DNA of 38,268 nt from Paraglomus brasilianum (lineage: Eukaryota), in contig CAJVPI010000260.1 of NCBI GenBank assembly GCA_910592345.1, positions 1 to 38,268 on the forward strand, read 5' to 3'. The notes under the pieces were generated by a model. That model saw only the letters and a list, made by a program, of their open reading frames with translations, searched no databases and was not told the origin of the DNA. The position numbers were made by a program, and so were the translations under genes. Of this stretch, positions 12,602 to 23,896 are shown piece after piece (position 1 is the first letter of the stretch; the number at the start of each line of letters is the position of its first letter).

Positions 12602-12878
12602 AAAGAATTTACTGAAGACGGAATTGTTAAATACTATACTAAAAAGTTAGGAGGACAAAATCATGTTCAGAAGAAGTATGAAAGCCCTTTGAGGATCAGC
12701 AACAAGAAGTGTTCTGAACTTGAAAAAATCCTCTGGCTATCTTATCAGTAATTGGATTGCTTTCATGGCCGGAGGACTGGTGTGAGCTATTCTGAGCCGG
12801 AAAAAAATAGCTTCTTGATGAAATCAACCTGCTGAAGCCAAAAGTGATGAATTTGATAATGATGAGGAAGAATGGTAG
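12602..12878 (+). pseudogene. 3' fragment of a single-pass membrane protein gene readable with TGA=Trp (code 4); putative Mollicutes-related endobacterial origin
   Basis: With two 1-nt repairs in homopolymers (~12682, ~12762) and TGA=W: KEFTEDGIVKYYTKKLGGQNHVQKKYEKPFEDQQQEVFWTWKNPLAILSVIGLLFMAGGLVWAILSRKKIASWWNQPAEAKSDEFDNDEEEW*. TGA at 12715, 12721, 12783, 12816, 12819. Confidence 0.65.
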
Positions 12879-12928
12879 ATAAAGTTGCTGGAAACACAAA
12901 AAAGGTGTTCTAATAATGATTTGATTGT

Positions 12929-13186
12929 TTATTCTGCCAGTCTTCTTTTCTTTATTGGTTCACCATAAGTTGGCGTTAATGCTCGTTTAGTAGTTATGAT
13001 TTTCCGTTCCTCTTGATAAATTTCATAAGTGGTTTTTTCTTGATCTAGATATTGCTGGAGCATTTGGGTATCATTGATTTTGAAAACATAAGGGGCAATT
13101 TTTTCTCCTTGAGCTTTCTTTAGGATGCTTCTAATAGTGCTGTAATTCTTTGGTTCCATGGTGGATTTAATGTAGATTAGTTTCAT
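12929..13186 (-). CDS. Small 85-aa hypothetical protein with C-terminal basic motif PIKKRRL
   Basis: Intact ATG-to-TAA intronless ORF; paralogous decayed copy at 21756-21988 differs mostly at synonymous positions. Confidence 0.65.
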   Translation of the reverse strand: MKLIYIKSTMEPKNYSTIRSILKKAQGEKIAPYVFKINDTQMLQQYLDQEKTTYEIYQEERKIITTKRALTPTYGEPIKKRRLAE

Positions 13187-13223
13187 ATTAATATTTTTTA
13201 TATAGGGATAATCCTATATTAAT

Positions 13224-13371
13224 CCTGTTATGGTTTATATTCATCACATTCTGGTATGATAAAGTGAACATTAAAATTAACAAGTCCATAAATTATGAAT
13301 GAGCACATTATTACTTTTCAAAACGTCATCAGTCACACTGTACACTGGTCAATTTTACAGCCACATCATAA
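13224..13371 (-). repeat. Repeat family A end sequence (right arm of inverted repeat, outer ~65 bp missing)
   Basis: Reverse complement of 8073-8214. Confidence 0.92.
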
Positions 13372-15526
13372 TATATTACAACCAACAGTCATCGGATCGA
13401 ATGATTCAATACATGCGTAGTAACTACGTATATTAATAATATTACTGTTCACAAGTAGAAATAGTTTACCTCACAAAAATCAAATAAATCGTGCGCATCA
13501 ACTACCGTCTTTTACCATTTATTTGTCGTCAGTTCTAACCAATCTGCTACCCGCGTGCATCATGATGTGATAACGTCGTCTCTCGTATGTTTGTCAATCG
13601 AGAATATTCCGTCCATTGTATATGTTTCATGCCATTGCTAGTCCATTCATTGGATAATTATTTACGTCGAACAACTTTCTATCAGCAACCAGATAATAGC
13701 TGCCATCATATTCGGTAACCTTATCATGCTATTGCATACCCGCCTGTTAGAAGTGAGTATTTTCTGGCAAACTCACTCATTACTTACTGCTGGTGTATGG
13801 TTTTCAACGCTTCAAAGTAAAAGAATCATCTCTTTATAAATTCCAGCTTACAGTGGATTATTTGTGTCAACTTGGCCATATTTTGAATGAGGAATGCCCA
13901 AGGAGATTACTTAACAGTCTTCGTACTCATAATCGCGACACCAATTTAACAACTACGTGTTGACTCTTTTCGCAGCATACAATGTGAAGTTGACGTTCAG
14001 CCACATTTCTTTACTAGTTCGTTTTTAGCAAATTGTGCGTCATAGTCAGTAAATATTGTATTGAAATGCGTAATGTTTACAAACAAGTTTATGGAAATTG
14101 GTATGTTTTTCTAGCGCTCGTTCATAACTGCGTAAATTAACAAAAATAGCAATGTATTCCGAACAAAATAAACTATAAATGGTTAGCACTAAAATGCTCG
14201 CTCAAATTCAACAAGTTCTCAGTTTGACCAATTCAGACTAAAAACTATTTTACGTATCTGGGAATGTAAACAGCGATTGTACAAGTTCTCTGCTTGGGCG
14301 GATATACCACTCATACTTGTAATATTGTTGACTAATGATTATTAAGTGTCAAGAATGGCCCGGACGTTTTTCCTTAAACGGTTAGTTCAGCGAAAAATCA
14401 AAAACCAGCCCTTTCGCATGGCGCAGTAGGACTAGAATCGATGAGGCTAGCTAAATACAATGATTTGTGGAGTTGCATTGCTATTGTGTCATTAACTATC
14501 CATTTCCTACGCCCATGTTGCGGTGTTTATTTCCTTCTTTAGTTGCATAAATGTGTTCATTACTATTGTAAGACTACCATACCAGCAAAATGATATTACT
14601 ATTTAGTAATGCCATTCTACACACGTATTGTTTAAAGCGTGTTGTCAAAATGATGAAAGCATGAGCATTTTAATATTAAATCGGCCTTGATAACAGCGTT
14701 GCCTGTTTGCTGCTATATAATTAATATGACGCGACTAATTGTACAATACTCGTGATAAAAGTTATTTTACCTTGCCAAGTACATAATACTTAAGTAGTTA
14801 GATCAAGTGTTAAGCAGAGTCTGAGTTTCATAATATCTATCAAGATTACTATTAATTATTGGTATTCATATTAAAATGAATGTGACGATCGACAAAAGCT
14901 TCGGAAACTCGTGAAAACGGTTTCAGAAAGCAAATTCCTTGAGTAACTATTCCAATAGGACGTCTCAACCAGATCATCTACCGATGATCTTGAGAATCAG
15001 ACTTGTGACTGCATCTCTTTATGCCGTTTTAAACGATAGAATCCGCTGGCCAATCATCAAGTTGCGTTCAATTGACAAATGATCCACAACTCGCGAAACA
15101 CTTCTCCAATATATCATTTCAAATAACAACATTTTAATATTCACATCCAATGCCTGTGGATACTTTTATAAATAAATAAATGCTCACTAAAAGTTGTTCA
15201 TTTATACAATATCAAAATATACTCTAGCTTTGGTTTTTACATTAAAGCCGGTTAAAATAATATCACAAATAATGTAATGCAAAATAATACAATTAAACTT
15301 TAAGAATCTGTCTATCTGCATCAAATGGCACATCTCGAAATTCTCTCATACGGAACAACGAAGACGTAGAATTATAGAAATATGATGGAAAAATACAAGT
15401 GACAATACATTGAACACATCGATTACACCATATTATCCCAACAAATAATCAACCGCCCATCTCTGTCATTAACACCTGTCACTTGATATAATTAATTCTT
15501 GTTATAATGAAGCCAGTAAACTAAAT

Positions 15527-18500
15527 CTACTCATGTAATACTTTTTTGTCTCGCTCCTCAACAATCTTTAGAGAGAATACCTCAGAACCGCCAATCGTCG
15601 GATCATTTGCGGAGACGAGAATATTGCCTTTATTATCCGAAAATAAACATTGCAGGTTGTTTCCTTCAATGATCTGTTCCAATGACCCGGTTTCTACATT
15701 TCTGACTTCAATCAATGATGCCTCAAACGCAAGAATGTATGGATATTGCATGGCTACGGGGATATAAAGCCATATTAGTACGTGGATAAAACGCAAAGAA
15801 AAATTTCAAACTCTTGCTTACCAAATGATGTTGGCGCACCCTCCCACATCACTAACCAATTATGGCGAGACCGCCTCCCATCTTTATTCACATAGAATGC
15901 AAACTCTACATGAAGTGGAAACCATAAGCAACGTATATCATACACATTAGAAAACTACATGACTGACATACCATCATAACAGAGTAAAAAGTCCTCTCCG
16001 AGTCGAAAAAGTGCAATTGGCCTAACAGAGTCTTTCTTCTGTATGAAGCCAAGGGTAGTGTCTCCCGAGTCAAGTAGACGCTGTGTGTTTAAAGATTCGA
16101 GATCAACAATCTCAAAACCTTTGGCACAGCCTACACACAATGTTCTCTTGAGGAAATGTAATGAAGACACTTCTGATGGCACATACAATTCCTATTAATA
16201 GAAATCAATTAGTATACTCGCAAAGTTACACTCAATGTTCATTGTATAAACAGTACCTTGTGTATTTTGAGATAATCATTTGAATTACGTAGGAATTTGA
16301 AACCAGGGCCCTTGTTCTTGCTCTTTGAAGTGTAATCTATTGGTTCTAGCGTTTTTATTGTCGACTGAAGGGCTGTTGATTTCACGGTCGCAACCAGCGT
16401 CCTCCCCATACAAGTTCCCGATTTAAAGAAACTTGCATGTACTCCAAGTTTGTGTGCACGTTTATTGGAATGGTTTCCATCATCTGATTGTAAAGCATCG
16501 ATAGAGAAACTATATAAACTTCTGTCTGGTATAGTATATGTAACAAGGAATTGTCATTAAGTATCCAATACATGGCAAATGCATTATAATCACGCCGATA
16601 TAATTACTGAATAAATACCAGCTAGAACCAATAAAAATCCGTAGTCCTCGAGCATTTCAATCTGTGATACTTTTTCAATTTCAAGGGCTTTTTGGGGTAC
16701 ACTTTCAGCACCAGGGTTAATATCGCCAATCCATATTCCTGTTTCTGTCCCGAGGGCCAACTTCTGATAAGAGTCTAAGTGAGAAACATAAGCTGAAATC
16801 ATTCCACAAAACGCAAGACATGTCAACAGTAATTGTGAATTAATATTATATGTACCAAAATAAGCTGCACAGCTGATATTGTTCGTCCCTGAGAAGAACT
16901 TCCCTCGTATTAGAATGTTCTTCTGGAAGACTGGGTGCTCACAGAGCGCCTGTTTTTGATTTTTGATTTGCTTTATCCATTTCTCACGTGCAATTTGCGT
17001 AGTAGCATAAAGTGTCGCTGTGAAGCCCTTCTTCCCTATATAAGTGAACGTTATCGGATATGACTTGTTGATAGGCTTTCCTCCGGATTTCTCAGGAGCT
17101 CCTTCTTGTGTGGATATGCTCAGTAATTGAAGTGGAATCGGCTGTAATAATGTGATATTGATAATAGCAAAAGTCATTTAATATAAGATGACACGAGCTC
17201 CCCATAATTTTATCAGCAAATGTTTCAAAAGCTTACTTTTCGGTGTATTTTATACTGTTGTTCTATTTGCTTGTTGTTCCTCGCTTTAACCATTAATAAA
17301 GCATGATCGAATAAAATTACTTGTAGGTCGTCTGATTCCCCTGCGCTGCCCCCCTTCTTCTTCAGCGAGCCTTTGTATATTATTTCTCTACACTCGTCTG
17401 TCAGCCTTAAATCCTATAATACAATACAAAGCGGTCAACATAGACACTATATTATCATGTGTGCTGACTAACGTAGTACGTACCATAAAGTCACTTCCTT
17501 TTGGTATTACCAGTTGGTCATGAAGTTGTTGCAAGTTGAATCTGTTCTCCGTCTTCCCAGATTCAATATTTACATTTGTCAAAAACTCTTTAATAATGTT
17601 GATAACTTTTGGAAGATTTATTTTATCTGGGTGATTGTCAGGCGTATGTTTGAGAACAGCCTGAAGCAGTAACGGGTATCGTCCTAATCGAGTGATCGGT
17701 TTTGTCAGATATCCATTGAGCTCTAACTTCCTAGACTCGGGAAGATGCTCGGTTTCCTAGAATTATCGCATAGGCACTTTGTTAGTCGAACACGATTTTC
17801 GTCATTAACACGTTCAATAAAGAAGAACAACTTACCTCTACAAATTTGGAAAATGCGCTGTTTGTACTTTTGTCTCTTTCAAATTCATATTTCCCCCATA
17901 TTTGATGAGCGCCATATTTAATGAAAGGGTCAAATAATGGCACATACTCCAAAAATATATCCCCAATCTGCTGTACAATTGCATATGAATTTTGTCTTTT
18001 TTGGAGAGCATCGGACAGTATGGCATTAACGCTATGTATTTCCATTATGTTATAAAATACGTTATGTAAGAACTGAGCGCGACGATGCTCTGGTATAACA
18101 TTTAGGTTTGAAAGAGGTGTCATCCAACACTAAACATATTTGAGTCGGTTAGTGATAAAGTTTGCCAGAATTTCAACGCATAATATAAACGTACATCTCT
18201 AACATATTCCAGATCCCTGACAAAATCTTTTTCGGTATATATGACTTCATTTATAGCTTCCTGACGTTTTTTCTCCGTCTCTGATACAGAATTGGCTATC
18301 TCTGTCGGTACAGAGTGTATCCACAATTTCTGATCCTGTGGCAGTAATATAACATTAAGTTCGATCTAATATATAGCGAATTGACAATATTGCTAGTACA
18401 TACCTTCTTCTCCGATAATGATTCCCGACTGATCACTTTCTTTATCTGAGCGCTTGGTCTTTGATGCTGTATATAAGCCTGTATATAATTGTCGAATAGT

Positions 18501-20068
18501 CAGTCGGAATAGTCATTGTCTACTTGAAACAGCTACCCATATTATAACCGTGAATTAATTTTTAGACTCACCTGCTCTAGTCTCCTTGGGCAAGTGATAC
18601 TGTAGCAAACATTCTCTCGCGTACATGTCGGCGAATAACAGTCAGTCAATAGCGTGAATACACCGTTGGGTAGATCAGCTTCTTGCGCTTCCGCTTCATT
18701 AGATGCCTCATCAAAATTACCTGGAGAAGACATGATGGAAGGCATTCTATGAAATTGATACAATTCGTTTGGAGAGTCGCGAAGACGGTGGTCGTAAGTA
18801 ACATCATGGAAAAACTTTTGGGCATCTAATGCGCGACCGAGCAACAACGCCAGATTTCTGTCTGTTGTTTTGATGATAAAAGCTATAGCTTCCTGTTGAG
18901 ATCAATTGGATGCAGGAAAAAAAAAGGGTGATTATCACAATGTCAACTATCTGAAATACAAGTCGTTACACATGCATACCACAGCATCTTTCCCATCAAA
19001 ACAATCTTTGTATTCTATGTCGTCTTTAGTTTTCGTTGACATGATTATCCTGTGACGGAACGTCTCTGCCACTCTAGAGAGTAGGGCAGGATATACCATC
19101 GGAATGCGCGATATTGAATACGGAGTTTTCGGAGACACCGTAGTGCTCGATGACTCCGATGATGATACATCAGAGAATGTGATTGATCGGTGGCGCTGAT
19201 GTTCGACGTGACTAGCGGATACAGATCTCTTCTCCCTTCTGGGGATGTTATCTGAACGAGCAGGTATAATGAGACCGGGTCCTAAAGAAAGTGATTAAAG
19301 GTTATGAACAAAGTATATTCCGGGATTGATGTCCCTATGGTCTTCCTATAATAATGTAAATTCTTGCATCATAATATCAACTCTCTTTTTTTTTCCCGTA
19401 TCTTCACACTTGTAATCCTATCAAATCATTGTATTCCCAAAAAACTATATCTATTTTTCATGACAAAATTTCTCGCGGCAATTGTTAAGCTCAATGACTC
19501 GTTCAAAACTTTCCAATCCATTCCTGACTATCATCATAAAATGGGAAGCATGTACATACCGTTTATGGTATTTGAACGATTAAAATTGGTACTTATTAGA
19601 GGTACATTAGAATTGGTTGGCTGTATACGGCCTGCCGTGGACATTGATCTTGTAGCGGATGGGTGAATGCGCTGAGAATGGATCTCAAGCTGTGGAGGAG
19701 ACTTGGCCTGTGCCAGCTGTTGATAATTCTGATATGTCGGAATAGAATGCTGGGGAAGATACATAGACTGGTGACTATGTCCATTATAATGCGAGTACCT
19801 TAGATGCTCGTGAGAAACCGAGTGAGTGAGAGGTGTGTACGAGTGAGAGGAGTGAGAGGAGTGAGAGCGATGTTGTTGAGGGTGGTGAGAACTGTATTGC
19901 GACGAGCGATTTATTGCACGCGTATATGACTGGTAGCGTTGCGGCAGTTGCTGTTGGTGCTGCTGTTGATGCTGCTGCTGCTGCTGTTGTTGTTGTCGTT
20001 GTTGCTGTTGTTGCTGTTGTTGTTGTTGTTGCTGTTGTTGTCGTTGTTGCTGTTGTTGTCGTTGTTGC

Positions 20069-20114
<46 letters not shown>

Positions 20115-20358
20115 GCTGCTGCTGCTGTTGTTGCTGCAGTAGTGATGGAGGTGGTATTGAAGGAGGTGGTATTGAGGGCGGTGGGAATTGGGGTGGTAGC
20201 CGTGGTTGAGACGATAGTTGAGAAGTGAGAGATGTAAATTCGTCATATATCGAAGTTTCTAAGCTTGTGGGACTTTCTGGAGAGTGTGGTTGATATGGGG
20301 TATAACTCCTTGGCCCACGCGGTCTCCGCATCTCGAAATCGTCATAGTGAGCACTCAT
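15527..20358 (-). CDS. ROM2: Rho1 guanine nucleotide exchange factor (ROM1/ROM2/Rgf1 family): low-complexity N-terminus, DEP, DH, PH and CNH domains; multi-exon
   Basis: VYPALLSRVAETF, DGKDAV, LLGRALDAQKFFHDVTYDHRLRDS (DEP); GVFTLLTDCYSPTC; EKKRQEAINEVIYTEKDFVRDL (DH); PIPLQLL..YPITFTYIGKKG (PH); YPYILAFEASLIEVRN (CNH). Start codon tentative because a possible splice acceptor lies just upstream. Confidence 0.93.
19945..20138 (-). repeat. CAA/CAG trinucleotide repeat encoding a polyglutamine tract of about 60 residues
   Basis: (TGT/TGC)n on the plus strand, in frame in the ROM2-like first exon, with Arg/His interruptions. Confidence 0.95.
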
Positions 20359-21652
20359 TCCCCCTGTATTATTAATGAACCGGAAGGTAAGTTTATTTGA
20401 AAATTATCCCAGTGAGAGAATACTTTCAGGAGCACAAATAGATAATATCGATGTTACATGGTACCTTGCTATTACCAAAAGTTAAAATAAATAAATTCAT
20501 GTTTGTAAGGGGGGCCCGGGGGTGGGCATATTAATATGAATTTCAAGGGGCGTTAACGTCACTACGATGCCATAATTCTGGGCATAATTCTGAAGGAATC
20601 CACATTTATTAAACCAATGTTCTCTGTGGAAGAGATCACTCGAGTAATATAAGCCAAACTATGGATTAGCCTTTCAATTAATTGTTTACATTTACATTTT
20701 TACATTGGGCTGTAGTGGGATGTTTGGCGTTAGTTGTATTTTCCGATTGTGTAAATAACTGGTTTCATTTTTCGGCCATTGAATTTGGTAACGACATGTG
20801 CGCAACTTGTCGTTAGCAATTCACAATATTACGGCGATAGAACGCAGCAATACTAATATTATTGATAATAATAACTGTCATACGGTAAATCTGACTAATC
20901 TTTCCGCATAATAAACTTTTGTTGTGTAACATTAGTTTTAATATTTATTCAATTACCATGTCCATCTTGGGATAAACGCTGAGACCTAGTATTAATGCCC
21001 CCCGCATTCAATGCGGTGAAAATTGAAACATTAATGCTGATAATGGATAGTCTTAATGTATGAATTTCTTGGCCTCGGGTCTTACAACCGCCACATGATT
21101 CTACATTATTAATTTCCTCGATAAGCTGTATTTTTAAACCTTCAACTAGATGATGAAACAACCGACTATCAATAATACCAGAGAGCTAAAGTTTGTGCTT
21201 TATGATAGTGTATGGTTTTACTATTACTAGCCATATTAATATTGCAAGTTGATCGTTTTATTGGTCTCGCATTAAAAAGTTGAGACAAAATTCCCATTTT
21301 TTGTAATTAGCTGGTTTGATTATAGTTGGCATTGGAATCCTTTCAGATGAAGCTTACTAGAAATCTACGATAGACGTCTTCGAATACTCACATAATTAAT
21401 GAAATAAATATCTTGTGTGACCATTATAGTGAGTATAAATTAAGAATAATAACAAAGACAACGTTTCACAGAATATCCGATTTCTTGGAAATGAGTAAGA
21501 CGATATTCCTATTTTTAACCATCTGATAATGAATTGTTATCGCGCGTTTTATGTAAAAGCGCAAAACAATGCTTGCTAAAGTTTATGGATTATCCGCTAG
21601 TAAATAATCGACGGCGCAGACCAGTTAAAGTTTATCAAAGAGGTTAGCATAT

Positions 21653-21988
21653 TGGGGCAGGCTGCAACAAAACCAGACAAAGTGAACATTTGATTATGTA
21701 ACATAAATGAGAGGCTGATGTGGCTGAAAGTTAACTCTATAAAAATAAAATATATAAACTAATTTACATTAAATCCACTATGGAACCGAAGAATTACAGC
21801 ACCATTAGAAGTATTTTAAGAAAGCTCGAGGAGAAAAAATTGCTTCATACTCAATGATACCCAAACTCTCCAGGAATATCTAGATGAAGAAAAATTTACT
21901 TATGAAATTTATCAAGAAGAACGAAAAATAGCGTTCATTAACAGCAGCTGATAATGAACCAAGAAAAAAACGAAAGCTAGAAACGTAA
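21653..21988 (+). repeat. Third copy of repeat family A: end sequence (internally deleted) plus decayed copy of the 85-aa ORF
   Basis: TGGGGCAGGCTGCAACAAAACCAGACAAAGTGAAC matches 8007 onward; KLIYIKSTMEPKNYSTIRSIL...PRKKRKLET* matches ORF 12929-13186, with frameshifts and a damaged first ATG. Confidence 0.88.
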
Positions 21989-22689
21989 AATAAATAGGTG
22001 CTTTCTTACTATCATTGGGATTATTATTAATAAAGACATCAAATTCAAGACAAATTTTTTCATTGGTTCTTTGTCGACATATTCATCCGACTTTTATTCT
22101 TACAAACCAATCCAAACTTTAGGAGACGATGATGCGTTTGTTTATTTGTATCAAAGACTGTTTAATCCGTAACCGTAGCGTATTTTAATGTTACCTGATG
22201 AACTCATTATAAAAATAACACGACCTGCACTTGTATTTTAACTCAGAAGAATCAAATCATAAAATCATTCCAGTATTGATATCGAAATAATTTATTCGAT
22301 AAAAAAACTTGCAAACAACAAACGATTCAAAAAATGCTTGTTTTTATTATTCAATTCTTTTGCGGGTTGTTGATCGGAATTATCCTTGATCTCTCGCTCC
22401 ACTATGAAATGCATAATCAACTTGATAATATGAACGAAAAGCTTGAGATAACAGTTCAAGCAGTTAAATCTAAAGTAAACGTTCATTGAACGACATTATT
22501 CGTTCAGCATTGACATGTGTTAATCCAGCAAAATCCTTTAAGATTAAACTTTTGTGCATATGAATTTATATTTCCAAGCAATATACGTGGTATTTTACAC
22601 TTACTGTTACTCTAATTTAACATTAACCTCCGTTATACCTTTGTGCATGATTAGACTATTATTATACTGACTAAACCTCGTCATACTTT

Positions 22690-22722
22690 GCCCGGTCGAT
22701 ATAGTCGACCGGGCTGCTCTAG
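22690..22722 (+). mobile_element. Helitron-like 3' terminus (GC-rich hairpin plus CTAG followed by T)
   Basis: GCCCGGTCGA-TATAG-TCGACCGGGC perfect 10-bp stem, then TGCT, CTAG (22719-22722), T. Confidence 0.55.
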
Positions 22723-23269
22723 TCTATTTCACATTTAGTGTTTAGTATATGTTGATGGTGCAAATGGTTTACATAGAATACAAATAAAGATTATTTGCTA
22801 TTTGAGACAAGCTTATTATACGACCATTTGACAATGAAATGAAGTCCCACATGGCTTATATTGAGCTTAGCGATTAGTACGATAGAGTGTGAGTTTACTA
22901 TTGTTGCTAAATCTATTGGTTAAATTTTACCGCGCAGAATATAAATTTTATTCGGACACAGCCTGACCATGTTGCTTCTCGCGTTTGAAACATGGCTTCT
23001 CCCTTGCCTTTTGAGTTTCTTAAATAATTTTTGACGAGTGTGCAAACGATTACTCCATACTTTACTCCTGCATTTTACTTAACAGAAGTTGGTGTGTGGT
23101 AGCTCTTTAATACTTGTGGGCCAAACCTTTCACTTTCAAGTCGGAAGGATGTAATCGTTCAATCAACGGAAAACCTCACAAACCACATTTGTTGAATGTT
23201 TTACTAACATTGATTCTCTGAGAATATGCAAAAAAAATCCGTTTGATTATAGTCTTTACTTGAGGGAGA

Positions 23270-23896
23270 TGCATTTTTCCTTTACACAAAATCCACCCCA
23301 AGCAAAAATTTTTGTTCTGTCCTTGGTACAGTGAAATGCCATTCATCAGAAAATAATGTTTTCCCCTCAATTATCATTAAGATGCTGTCTTGCCCACTGT
23401 ACTTTTTTCTTATGAGTTTCAGTGAGAATTTGTGTAACTATTGGTAGGCTTTTGGAGTAACTAAGACAGGACAAATGCCTTGAAACAGTCATTAATGTCT
23501 TCTGAGTTAACATATTTGCCAATGTTCTGGTTGGGAGAGTAGTATCTCTTCGAATATACTGTCCCAATGCTTTCAAAGCTTCGGCCGACCGTTTCCTTTT
23601 GCATGGCTACACTTCCTGTTTTTTTTATATTATAGCCAAAGGTATGTTTGTCCTCCTATGTATTTCTTGACCATTGGTTATGCCTTGATTCCATAAGTGT
23701 AATATTTTTGACGTTGTGTTTCTTTGGCGGAAGTCATTTTTTTGATAATTGGAAAAACAGAATAACATGTGTGTTACACGTATAAACAAAAACACGCATC
23801 AAGTATTTTTTTCAATGACGCGAATTGGATTTTTTGGAAAAGTTATACGCGTTTTTACCAAACAAAAAAATATATCTTTTTTTTTTTGTTACACTG
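23270..23896 (-). mobile_element. Tc1/IS630-family transposon, 5' half, decayed
   Basis: End TA|CAGTGTAACAAAA; ATG at 23737 giving MTSAKETQR..ILHLWNQGITNGQEIHRRTNIP..KGNGRP, VQWARQHLNDN(W)..TLFSDE, PKDRTKIFAWGGFC. Confidence 0.82.

Noticed and set aside
19833..20246. PolyV, polyL and polyN ORFs
   Set aside because: Alternative frames and antisense readings of the polyQ microsatellite.
20509..20592. G-rich run and duplicated CATAATTCTG upstream of ROM2
   Set aside because: Only three clear G-runs and a short duplication; not enough to call a G-quadruplex or regulatory site.
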